A program made the position numbers and the translations under genes. Shown here piece by piece: positions 7,705 through 16,199 of a stretch of DNA of 64,000 nucleotides. The first letter of the stretch is position 1; the number at the start of each line of letters is the position of its first letter. The stretch is taken from positions 2,456 to 66,455 of the forward strand of contig CBDHDK010000002.1 in NCBI GenBank assembly GCA_965261355.1. The letters are read 5' to 3'. The notes below the pieces were generated by a model. The model ran no database searches and was not told the origin of the DNA. It saw only the letters and a program-made list of their open reading frames with translations. This stretch comes from Dehalococcoidia bacterium. Its GTDB lineage: Bacteria; Chloroflexota; Dehalococcoidia; Lucifugimonadales; UBA3495.

Positions 7705-8439
7705 TCAGTCGTCGGCGGGGGAAGGTCCAGCCGAATCGGGCGGGGCGGGCGGGCCGGCGGGAGCGATAGAGTCGTCGGGGCCAAGGGGTGAGCGGCGCCG
7801 GGCGGCGAAGAGCAGGGCGGCGCCGGCGGTGACGAAGGCGATACCCACAGCGATGGCGCCGGGCGGTATGCGGGTCACGGCGTGGTCGCCGGTGACGGGC
7901 AGTATGGCCGTCGGGGTGGGCGTCGGCTCGGGAGTCGCGGTCGGCGTCGGCTCGGGCGTGGGAGTCGGCTCGGGCGTGGGAGTCGGCTCGGGCGTGGGAG
8001 TCGGCTCGGGCGCGGGCGTCGGGGTTGGCGTCGGGTCGGGTGCCTGGGTCGGGAGCGGGTCGGCGAAGGTGAGGTTCACTGTGAAGCGGTTGCGGGCGGC
8101 GGCGTGGATGCCGTTCTCAGCGGCCTGTATGCTACCGTGCTCGTTAACAATGTGGAAGGTCACGGTGTCGGCGACGAGGCTGTGGTCGTTGGGGGCGACC
8201 TTAAGCCACTCGAAGGCACCGCTGGCGTCAAGGGACATCGGGTCGGACTGGTAGGCCGTGCAGGTCTCGACGCAGGCGACGAGCTGGGTGCTCCCCGGGG
8301 GCGCGAAGCCCTGGACGGTCACAGTACCGGAGTAGTAGTCGGGTTCGAGGGGGGAGGGCGGCCGTCCCTCCTGTCCGGGGACCGCTGCCACCAATGTTAA
8401 AAGGAGCAGGCCTCCCAACAGCCACCACCACACGCGCAC
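7705..8439 (-). CDS. LPXTG-type sorted surface protein with (TPEP)n linker
   Basis: Signal peptide [22 protein letters not shown], a [13 protein letters not shown] linker, then LPVTG followed by the hydrophobic stretch [18 protein letters not shown] and RRRS. Confidence 0.75.
   Translation of the reverse strand: MRVWWWLLGGLLLLTLVAAVPGQEGRPPSPLEPDYYSGTVTVQGFAPPGSTQLVACVETCTAYQSDPMSLDASGAFEWLKVAPNDHSLVADTVTFHIVNEHGSIQAAENGIHAAARNRFTVNLTFADPLPTQAPDPTPTPTPAPEPTPTPEPTPTPEPTPTPEPTPTATPEPTPTPTAILPVTGDHAVTRIPPGAIAVGIAFVTAGAALLFAARRRSPLGPDDSIAPAGPPAPPDSAGPSPADD
7915..8045. repeat. 18-bp in-frame tandem repeat (GTCGGCTCGGGCGTGGGA x about 4 plus degenerate units) encoding PTPEPT
   Basis: Direct reading gives perfect units at 7946-7963, 7964-7981 and 7982-7999, with degenerate units either side. 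All lie inside CDS 7705..8439. Confidence 0.85.
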
Positions 8440-8705
8440 GGCTCATACCTCCACCGCCGATTTTGATTCATTCTATACGGATCGGGGGGCGAGTGGCCTT
8501 TGTTCCGAGTGCGGGGTTTTGCGAGTTTGGGGAACTGGTGTGTTGCCGGGTCCCTTCGGGTTGCTGGGTGCGACAATCGACGGGAGTCTGGGCTCCCACC
8601 GACGCGGGAATGCCGAGTGGTCAGGTGCGACTGTTGGGCCAGAGGGGAGTCTTGGGGATTCCTTCACCCTACCCTTATCTGGAGGAAAGGGTGAACGAAA
8701 GGGTT

Positions 8706-8729
8706 GGGGCGCACGGGTGGGTGCGCCCC
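8706..8729 (-). terminator. GC-rich hairpin downstream of rho
   Basis: GGGGCGCAC-gggtgg-GTGCGCCCC, a 9-bp perfect stem located 40 nt after the rho stop. Only a partly T-rich tail on the minus strand. Confidence 0.45.
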
Positions 8730-8768
8730 TGGGCAGTGACGATTGGAGCGGGGGTAGCGTTGCTGAGT

Positions 8769-10166
8769 CTAGGCGGCGGTGGATGCGGCGGAGAGGGTGC
8801 GGAGGAATTCGTGGTTGGTTGGGGTCTTGGCCAGACGTTCCAAGACGCGCTCGGTGGCGTTGCCGTCGTTGTTGTTGTTATTGGAGAGCATGCCGATCAT
8901 GCGGCGCAGGAGCACGACCTGCTTGTGAGCCTCGCCGGAGTATATGAGCTCTTCGCGGCGGGTGCCGGAGCGGACGATGTCGATGGCGGGGAAGTAGCGC
9001 CGCTCGGCGAGCTTGCGGTCCAGGTGCAGCTCCATGTTGCCGGTGCCCTTGAATTCTTCGTAGATGACCTCGTCCATGCGGGAGCCGGTGTCGACGAGGC
9101 AAGTGGCGATCACGGTGAGGGAGCCGCCCTCCTCGATGTTGCGAGCGCCGCCGAAGAACTTCTTGGGCGGGTATAGCGCGATGGGGTCGATGCCGCCGGA
9201 GAGGGTGCGGCCACTGGTGGGTACTGCGAGGTTGTAGGCGCGGGTGAGGCGGGTGATGCTGTCGAGGAGGATGACGACGTCCTTACCGAGCTCGACGAGT
9301 CGCTTGGCGCGGTCGAGGCAGAGTTCGGCGACGCGGCACTGTTCCTCGACATTTTCGTCGAAGGTGGAGGCGAACACATCGCCGTCGACGGAGCGGCGCA
9401 TGTCGGTGACTTCCTCGGGACGCTCACCGATGAGTGCGACCATGAGGACGGCCTCGGGGCAGTTGGTGACGACGCCGTGGGCGATCTGCTTGAGCATGGT
9501 GGTCTTGCCAGCCTTGGGTGGCGAGACGATGAGGCCGCGCTGGCCGAGGCCGATGGGGGCAAAGAGGTCGACCATACGGGTAGAGAGCTCGTTGGGGGAG
9601 GTCTCGAGGACGACCTGCTCCTCTGGGAAGATGGGAGTGAGGTGCTCGAAGAAGGGGCGGTTGCGCCCGTGGACCTTGTCGGTCTCGAAGCCGTTGATCT
9701 TCTCGACGCGGACAAGGCCGAAGTAGCGTTCGCCTTCCTTGGGGGGACGGACCTGTCCGGTGACGGTGTCGCCGGTGCGTAGGCCGAAGCGGCGGATCTG
9801 GGACTGGGAGATGTAGACGTCGCCGGTGGCGCGGTGGTGGGCGGCGATCTGTCTGAGGAAGCCGTAGCCTTCGTCCATGATCTCGAGGATGCCGGTGGCG
9901 ACTAGAGACTGGTTGGCGGAGGCGACCTGGAACATGCGGCCGAGGATGTCCTCGCGGTGCATGTTGCCGAGGGCGGCTGGGTCGCCGAGGCCAACGGCGG
10001 GAGCAAGGCCTAACAGTTCCTCTTTGGACTTGGAGCCGAGCTCTACAACGTCCAGGCTTTTCCGGGTAGCCGTCATGTTCACCTCTTGTTGATTCGTCTG
10101 CCCCGTGGCTCTTCGCCGCGTCCCGGTCTTGGCCGGTGCGGGTGTGTTGCTATTGTCTTCAGTCAT
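8769..10166 (-). CDS. rho: transcription termination factor Rho (with N-terminal extension)
   Basis: ..IRRFGLRTGDTVTGQVRPPKEGERYFGL.., Walker A SPPKAGKTTML, ..LLDSITRLTRAYN.. and ..ATCLVDTGSRMDEVIYEEFKGTGNMEL... An alternative start is at M31. Confidence 0.95.
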   Translation of the reverse strand: MTEDNSNTPAPAKTGTRRRATGQTNQQEVNMTATRKSLDVVELGSKSKEELLGLAPAVGLGDPAALGNMHREDILGRMFQVASANQSLVATGILEIMDEGYGFLRQIAAHHRATGDVYISQSQIRRFGLRTGDTVTGQVRPPKEGERYFGLVRVEKINGFETDKVHGRNRPFFEHLTPIFPEEQVVLETSPNELSTRMVDLFAPIGLGQRGLIVSPPKAGKTTMLKQIAHGVVTNCPEAVLMVALIGERPEEVTDMRRSVDGDVFASTFDENVEEQCRVAELCLDRAKRLVELGKDVVILLDSITRLTRAYNLAVPTSGRTLSGGIDPIALYPPKKFFGGARNIEEGGSLTVIATCLVDTGSRMDEVIYEEFKGTGNMELHLDRKLAERRYFPAIDIVRSGTRREELIYSGEAHKQVVLLRRMIGMLSNNNNNDGNATERVLERLAKTPTNHEFLRTLSAASTAA

Positions 10167-10180
10167 TGTCAGATCGCTCT

Positions 10181-10840
10181 TCAGGCCTGGGACGCTTTCT
10201 GCCAGTCGGCGATGAAACGGGCGAGGCCGGAGTCAGTTAGGGGGTGCTGGGCCATCTGCAGGAGGGTCTTGTAGGGGACGGTGGCGATGTGGGCGCCGGC
10301 CTGGGCCGCCTTGAGGCAATGAAGGGGGTGGCGGACGCTGGCGGCCATGACCTGGGTATCGACGGCGGCATCGCGGAAGAGGTCGGCGATGTCGCGGATG
10401 AGTTCGATGCCATCGTGGCCGATGTCATCGAGGCGGCCGATGAAGGGGCTGACGACGGTTGCGCCGGCCTGAGAGCCCAAGAGGGCCTGGTTGACGCTGA
10501 AGCAGAGGGTCTGGTTGCAGCGGATGCCCTCGGAGGCGAGGGCGGCGATGGCCTCGATGCCCTCGATGGTGCTGGGAATCTTGACCCAGGGGTTGGGAAT
10601 CCAGCCGGCGATGTCGCGGCCTTCGTCGATCATGCCCTGGGTGTCGGTGGATACGACCTCGACGGAGATGGGGCCGTCGACGAGTTCGGAGATTTCGGCG
10701 ACTGCGGAGCGGTAGGCCTCGCGGTCGCCGATGCCAGTGGCGGCGGCGAGAGACGGGTTGGTGGTGACGCCGGAGATGACGCCGATGCGGGCGCCGTCGC
10801 GGATCTCGTCGATGTTAGCGGTGTCGAGAAAGAGCTTCAT
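10181..10840 (-). CDS. tal: transaldolase / fructose-6-phosphate aldolase (short type 3B)
   Basis: MKLFLDTANIDEIRDGARIGVISGVTTNPSL... The start is taken at the MKLF ATG (10840); the track start is 10849. Confidence 0.9.
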   Translation of the reverse strand: MKLFLDTANIDEIRDGARIGVISGVTTNPSLAAATGIGDREAYRSAVAEISELVDGPISVEVVSTDTQGMIDEGRDIAGWIPNPWVKIPSTIEGIEAIAALASEGIRCNQTLCFSVNQALLGSQAGATVVSPFIGRLDDIGHDGIELIRDIADLFRDAAVDTQVMAASVRHPLHCLKAAQAGAHIATVPYKTLLQMAQHPLTDSGLARFIADWQKASQA

Positions 10841-10944
10841 AACCCTCACCCTACCTTTTACTTACATGTACAGCGGCGGGCGCTGAATATAAAGTGATGT
10901 TGGCGGGGCAGTTCACTGAAATTAAATTGACCTTCAAGTGTGGT

Positions 10945-12579
10945 CTATCCCAAGGGAAGCGGCTGCTGGCTACCTTCGCGGATGGTCTGCGTGGCCTCGG
11001 CGAGGAAGCGGACGAAGAGTGGATGGGGTCGATTGGGGCGAGACCGGAACTCGGGGTGGTACTGGACGCCGACCATGAACGGGTGGCCGCGGACCTCGCC
11101 GGCCTCCACGAGCTGGCCGTCGGGGGAGAGTCCGGCGGCGATGAGGCCGGACTGCTCGAGGGCCTCGCGGTAGGCGTTATTGAGCTCGAAGCGGTGGCGG
11201 TGGCGCTCCATGACCTCGCCGCCGCCGTAGGCCGCGTGGGTCATGGTATGAGCCTGGGGACGGCAGGGATAGCTACCGAGGCGCATGGTGCCGCCCTTGA
11301 TGGTGACAGCTTCCTGTTCGGCCATGATATGCACGACGGGATGGGCAGTCTCGGGCTCCAGCTCCTCAGAGTTGGCGCCCTTTAGACCCAGGACGTTGCG
11401 GGCCCAGTCGATGACCATCACCTGGAGGCCGAGGCAGAGGCCGAGGTAGGGAACCCGGTGCTCACGCGCGTAGCGGACGGTGTCGACCATGCCCTCGACG
11501 CCGCGGGTGCCGAAGCCGCCGGGGACGACGATGCCGCAGGCGTTGCGGAGAAGGTCGTCGGGGCCGTCGCGCTCGATGTCCTCGGAATGGACCCACTGGA
11601 GATCGACGTCTCGGGAGTTGATGAAACCGGCGTGGCGCAGGGCCTCGCGTACGGAAAGGTAGGAATCTGGGTATTCGACGTACTTTCCGACGAGGGCGAT
11701 GGGCAAGGGTTCCTTGGGCCGGTCCATCATTTCGACCATGGCCCGCCATTCGTCAAGCCCGCGCTGGTAGCCGGGCAGTGCCAGGGAGTCGAGGATGATA
11801 TCTCCCAATCCCGCCTCCTCAAGCACCAGAGGCACGCCGTAGACGTTCTGAACCGTCTCCAAAGGAATGACGGCATCGCTGGGAACGTCGCAGAAGGAGG
11901 CAATCTTTTCGCAAATCTGGGGCGGGACGGGATGGTCGCTGCGGCAGATGATGGCGTCGGGCTGGATGCCGATGGAGCGCAGTTCCTTGACGCTGTGTTG
12001 GGTGGGCTTGGTCTTGAGTTCCTGAGCGGCGGAGAGGTAGGGGAGGAGGGTGAGGTGGATGTAGTAGACGTTGTCCCGACCGACCTGGTTGCGCATCTGC
12101 CGGATGGCTTCCAGGAAGGGCAGTCCCTCAATATCGCCGACGGTGCCGCCGACCTCCACGACAATCACCTCCGCTCCCGACTCGTCGGCCAGGCGGACTA
12201 TGCGTTCCTTAATGTCGTTGGTCACATGAGGCACGGACTGAATGGTCCCGCCGAGGAAGTCGCCGCGGCGCTCCTTGGTGATGAGGTTCAGGTAGACGTC
12301 CCCTGCGGTGAGATTGGAACTGCGGGTCAACTCGAGGTCGATAAAACGCTCGTAGTGTCCCAAGTCGAGGTCGGTCTCGCCGCCGTCCTGAGTCACGAAC
12401 ACTTCACCGTGCTGATAGGGGGACATTGTGCCGGGGTCAACATTCAAATAGGGGTCGAGCTTCAAAACCGAAACGCTGAGGCCACGGCTCTTAAGGATAC
12501 GACCGATGGATGCGACACAGATGCCCTTGCCCAGGGAGCTTACGACACCGCCAGTGACGAAGATGAACTTTGTAGGCAT
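10945..12579 (-). CDS. pyrG: CTP synthase
   Basis: MPTKFIFVTGGVVSSLGKGI... and the glutamine amidotransferase half ..GLCLGLQ..HRHRFE... The start is at MPTKF (12579). Confidence 0.95.
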   Translation of the reverse strand: MPTKFIFVTGGVVSSLGKGICVASIGRILKSRGLSVSVLKLDPYLNVDPGTMSPYQHGEVFVTQDGGETDLDLGHYERFIDLELTRSSNLTAGDVYLNLITKERRGDFLGGTIQSVPHVTNDIKERIVRLADESGAEVIVVEVGGTVGDIEGLPFLEAIRQMRNQVGRDNVYYIHLTLLPYLSAAQELKTKPTQHSVKELRSIGIQPDAIICRSDHPVPPQICEKIASFCDVPSDAVIPLETVQNVYGVPLVLEEAGLGDIILDSLALPGYQRGLDEWRAMVEMMDRPKEPLPIALVGKYVEYPDSYLSVREALRHAGFINSRDVDLQWVHSEDIERDGPDDLLRNACGIVVPGGFGTRGVEGMVDTVRYAREHRVPYLGLCLGLQVMVIDWARNVLGLKGANSEELEPETAHPVVHIMAEQEAVTIKGGTMRLGSYPCRPQAHTMTHAAYGGGEVMERHRHRFELNNAYREALEQSGLIAAGLSPDGQLVEAGEVRGHPFMVGVQYHPEFRSRPNRPHPLFVRFLAEATQTIREGSQQPLPLG

Positions 12580-12785
12580 ATACCCGCGCAGCAACGGTTA
12601 AGGAAATGCTGTTAAGCGCGCGCCGCTGCAGTTGACAAAAGTGAAAGACGTCGCAGTGGCAACGCGAAGGGGGGGAAGGAGATTACTGCCTTATTGATTA
12701 TATGTATGGGTTCCGGTTGTGTCAAACATTGGGAGGAAATTAAGACGGAGGCAGACCTACCCAGCACCTGCAGGCTTTTCTTCGC

Positions 12786-12945
12786 TCAAATCACTGATCG
12801 CTCACGCCAGGAGTTCCCGACCGAGAAGCATGCCGCCCCCCAGGACGACCAGAATGATAACGACCTAGCGGAATGCCTGCTGGTTGAGGCGACTGACCAG
12901 CAAACTTGCGGTCCCGAATCCGACGAGCAGTCCTGGGAGCGGCAT
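12786..12945 (-). pseudogene. C-terminal piece of a TauE/SafE-type permease gene split by element A
   Basis: Minus-strand reading immediately after the element gives MPLPGLLVGFGTASLLVSRLNQQAFR*VVIILVVLGAACF.., with an in-frame TAG at 12865-12867. It continues the frame that ends at 13917. Confidence 0.5.
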
Positions 12946-13916
12946 CAAGGAAATCGCGTCTTAAATGCCGGAGGCTTTGTAATCCGTCATCCCCGCAATC
13001 CGTCATCCCCGCGCAGGCGGGGATCCAAACCCCCGTCTACGCTCGCTCCCAGAACCGCGGGAGCCACCCTCACTCATGAATTGATTACACTTGCCCCTTG
13101 CCTACTCCTGCAGGACGTGTGTAGCATTGATATAAGAATATGCGTTCGGGTCAAGAGCGGGATATTATCCCTGTGGGAGACATCGCCGTCGTAAGGGTGA
13201 AATCGCTGCCGTAAATGCCCGTCCTGGCAGTCTGGTCATTGTGAAAAACCTGATTGAGACAAGGCTGAGGCCCCTCGAACCACCGCCACTCCACCCGACA
13301 CCCCAAAGCTGCAATGAACGGAAATGCTCCGATTTGCTCGGAATTTCAAGATTTATGGGCCGCCCGGGCCCTTCAGGAGATGCTCAATGTCCCTCGCTCA
13401 GATAAGGAGCCGCGTCAGAACCCTCCAGCGTCGTTTTGCCCTCGCCCTCTCGGTTGTACGCGCACGCCGCGTCGCAGAGCGCCTCTGCCAGGATTGGACC
13501 GCCGACCACGCCGACGGCAAACCCCTGCCCGACCCCTTCCAGGCGGTCGCGAAGGTGCGTGAAGCCGGTATCCGCAACGCTGCCTTCATCGACTTTCAGA
13601 GATACATACGGAGCTGCGTCGACGACAACCGCTGCCCCGAGCGAGCCCCGCGGCTTCCTCGAATCCCTGTTGCCCCGGGCCTCCAACGCCGGCCTCGTCC
13701 GCGCCGCCCTGCACTGGGACGCCGGCCCCCGGGACTGACCGGCAGGGAAATCCCGTCTCAAACGCCGGAGGCCGCGTACCCCGTCTTTCCCGCGCAGGCG
13801 GGAATCCAAACCCCCGTCTCACCTCGCATCCAGAACCGAAGGAGGCACTGCCACCACTACCTGCACCGCCAATACGGCCCGATTTGTGTGCTGAGTCATA
13901 AGACGCGATTACCCTG
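12946..13916 (+). mobile_element. ~1-kb TIR/TSD-bounded element, copy A (no recognisable transposase)
   Basis: Ends are CAAGGAAATCGCGTCTTA... and ...TAAGACGCGATTACCCTG, an 18-bp imperfect TIR with a 12-bp perfect core AATCGCGTCTTA. Flanking 10-bp repeats are GGAGCGGCAT (12936-45) and GGAGCAGCAT (13917-26). The element is collinear with the inverted copy at 48124..49114. Confidence 0.75.
13387..13738 (+). pseudogene. element-borne small ORF, copy A, frameshifted by a 4-bp insertion
   Basis: MSLAQIRSRVRTLQRRFALALSVVRARRVAERLCQDWTADHADGKPLPDPFQAVAKVREAGIRNAAFIDFQRYIRSCVDDNRCPE, then the frame is lost. Copy A reads cccgagCGAGcccc where copy B reads cccgagcccc. The C-terminus PRGFLESLLPRASNAGLVRAALHWDAGPRD continues in another frame. 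Confidence 0.65.
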
Positions 13917-14090
13917 GGAGCAGCATCGCCATATTGACAAGGGTGTCGCGAGTGTAGAGACCGGTGGAGGCATAGAGCACGACCGCGATGAGGCTGGAGA
14001 AGCCGAACATTGCAGCGAGGGAAGCGCGAACCGTCTCGGTGGGCCAGCGCTGGACGACGGCGAGCTCCATTCCGGTCAGCATTGGTCAGC
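13917..14090 (-). pseudogene. upstream piece of the TauE/SafE-type permease gene split by element A
   Basis: MLTGMELAVVQRWPTETVRASLAAMFGFSSLIAVVLYASTGLYTRDTLVNMAMLLPG, followed by a stop (TAA) supplied by the element TIR. The sequence further upstream is degenerate. Confidence 0.5.
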
Positions 14091-14467
14091 GCCTACTGAA
14101 GACCTTGCGCCATTTGTGAATCCCAATTTTGGGGTTGCCAGTGTCCTTCCAGCGTCAAACCGCAGTATTGTGGGCGGCGATTGAGAAGATGGCAATGAAG
14201 TCGGACCTGCGCTCCGATCGCATAACCCGCTGGCCGCTATCTGGAAGGCCGTCGGCGTCAAGTGGTCCAGGCCTGGAGGGACATCGTCAGCTGACGGGAG
14301 GGAATGGTTTCCGACTTTCGTGCAGGGTATGTATCAAGAGAGGAAAGAATACACAAAATTTTCACGAAATCGTTATACAAGGCCTTTGATTAAGAAACTT
14401 TCTGAGACTAGAGTAAGTTGTCGCTGGCAGTTCCAAGATAGACCAGAGCGAGTCAGCGAGCCCAGAA

Positions 14468-15679
14468 ATGAGGAAGGCTATTTCGATGATTGCGTTCACA
14501 TCCTGGATACGATGGGCTATTGTCCCAGCATTGACGGTGGCGGTAGTCGCGATGGCCGCGGCTTGCGGATCTGACCCGACACCGACCTCCGCTCCTGCCC
14601 CGACGGCGGCGCCGGAGCCTACGGCCGCGCCAACGAACACACCTGAACCAACGGCCGCGCCCGCACCTACGAATACACCCGCTCCCACCAACACGCCCGC
14701 GCCAACGAATACGCCGGTCCCCACCGAGGCGCCGGCACCTCCTCCGACCAACGCTCCGGAGCCAACGGCGGCTCCGACTGAACCGCCGGGCATGATGGCA
14801 GGATCCCTGAGGGAGTTCAAGATCACGGAGACGACGACAGGAGGAGAAATGGCGGCCCTGCTATCGGACGAGGAGAACACCTGCGTTCGCGAGGCCGTGG
14901 GGGACGCCCTTTTCGGACTGATACAGTCCGCTCCCATAATGATGATGGCGGCCGGAGACATCTCCCAGACGGCGCCGCTGTTCAATTGTCTGACCGAGGA
15001 GAACGTGGTGTACCTGGTTGTGGCATTCCTGGACGTCCAGGCTGGTGGGTGGAGCGAGGAGAGCCGCGATTGCATCACCAACGTGGGCCTGGACCACCCT
15101 GACGCGGTGTACGTGAGGCTTGGACTGCAACTGTCGCCTGAACCCATAGACCCGTCTGAAACCCTTGACCACAACGTGCAAATCTACGAGTGCCTGTCCA
15201 TCGAGGAACAGAGGGACTTCACGATCGGCCTCTGGACAGCGTTCGACAGGCACACAGGGGCCACCGGGGCCGACATCCTTGGCCTGCTGTCGGATGCCGA
15301 GGCGGCCTGTCTACAAGAGGGCCTTACCGAAGAACAGCTAATCGCGATCGCGGTAGCCACACCCCTTGAGGCCGTAACCATTGGCAGCGTAGTGTCCCAC
15401 TGCATCGACCCTGAGACGAACATCAAAATACTCGCAAACGGGATACAGTGGGCCATCGGCGGCGTGACCGACGAGACCCTGAGTTGCCTTGAGAACTTCG
15501 CCAGGGACAACCCGGAGTTCACCGCGCTCTTCGCGTCCGGCTATGACTCCATACACAACATGTCTGCCGAGCAGTTCGTGGAGCTCAGCGACGTCGGACA
15601 AGGACAATACGCCTGCATGACCGAGGACGAGCTGTTGCGAGTGCAGTATGCCGCCACAGAGGCGCTGGCCATGCCGTAG
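14468..15679 (+). CDS. putative lipoprotein with Pro/Thr linker and repeated Cys-containing modules
   Basis: Signal peptide then ..MAAACGSDPTPT.., a PT-rich linker (APTNTP repeats), and repeated LSDEENTCVREA / LSDAEAACLQEG / VTDETLSCLENF motifs. Confidence 0.65.
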   Translation: MRKAISMIAFTSWIRWAIVPALTVAVVAMAAACGSDPTPTSAPAPTAAPEPTAAPTNTPEPTAAPAPTNTPAPTNTPAPTNTPVPTEAPAPPPTNAPEPTAAPTEPPGMMAGSLREFKITETTTGGEMAALLSDEENTCVREAVGDALFGLIQSAPIMMMAAGDISQTAPLFNCLTEENVVYLVVAFLDVQAGGWSEESRDCITNVGLDHPDAVYVRLGLQLSPEPIDPSETLDHNVQIYECLSIEEQRDFTIGLWTAFDRHTGATGADILGLLSDAEAACLQEGLTEEQLIAIAVATPLEAVTIGSVVSHCIDPETNIKILANGIQWAIGGVTDETLSCLENFARDNPEFTALFASGYDSIHNMSAEQFVELSDVGQGQYACMTEDELLRVQYAATEALAMP

Positions 15680-15740
15680 GTTGCGCACTTCGAGTACGTT
15701 GCCACATTAGCGGCCAATTTCGACCGAATAACGCCCAGAG

Positions 15741-15772
15741 ATGCCCGGCAAGGTCATGCCCCTGCCGGGCAT
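15741..15772 (+). terminator. hairpin downstream of the lipoprotein gene
   Basis: ATGCCCGGCA-12 nt-TGCCGGGCAT, a 10-bp perfect stem. There is no clear U-tract. Confidence 0.35.
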
Positions 15773-16199
15773 CTGCGTTAGCCCCAATCCACCGAAGGGG
15801 TGAGTGTGGCGGCGGGTTGAAGGGGTAAAAAAGTGCTCCCGGCATCGGGGATAATGGTTGTTGTTACGGCAAACCATCCTCGAAGCAGGAGCACCTGATA
15901 GATGCTACCACCCAGCGAGCCCGACCGCATCCGAATCGCCTTCGACGACCACCGCCTGGTGAGCAATGCCGGGCTGATCCTTCCGGTCACCCTCGCCCAG
16001 CGCCTGGGCTTGGGTGAACTCGTCGGCAATCACGTTGACCTGGGAAATGCGCCGGGGCGGGCGAACACGGGGGACAAGATGCTGACCCTGGTGGCCTCCG
16101 CGCTGGCCGGTGGCGACTGCATTGACGACGCCGATGCGCTGCGTGCGGGGCGGACCTCCTTGGTGCTGGGGTGCACGGTCAAGGCGCCGTCCACCCTAG

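Noticed and set aside
7915-8045. Regularly spaced short repeats that could be mistaken for a CRISPR array; the PT-repeat DNA at about 14580-14770 is similar.
   Set aside because: The repeats are contiguous 18-bp in-frame units with no spacers. They lie inside ORFs and encode Pro/Thr/Glu linkers.
11458-12615. Long ORFs antisense to confident genes. Examples: 11458..12615 opposite pyrG, 22272..23471 opposite sufS, 23604..24857 opposite sufD, 25358..27214 opposite sufB, 52579..53784 opposite DUF1501, 55700..57055 and 19894..20904 opposite the IS1380 transposases, and 40031..41176 and 45211..46323 opposite cox-like genes.
   Set aside because: Their translations are Ala/Gly/Arg/Val-rich low-complexity strings. 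This is typical of stop-poor antisense frames in high-GC DNA. Each overlaps a gene with clear family motifs.
12946-13916. Integron gene cassette / attC interpretation of the direct ~70-90-bp repeats flanking the small ORF.
   Set aside because: The unit as a whole has terminal inverted repeats and a flanking target duplication, and it interrupts a gene. There is no intI nearby, no cassette array, and no R''/R' (RYYYAAC/GTTRRRY) core sites.
14091-14467. Further upstream pieces of the TauE/SafE-like gene.
   Set aside because: The frames contain hydrophobic snippets (..DFIAIFSIAAHNTAV*) but are too short and too interrupted to assign.
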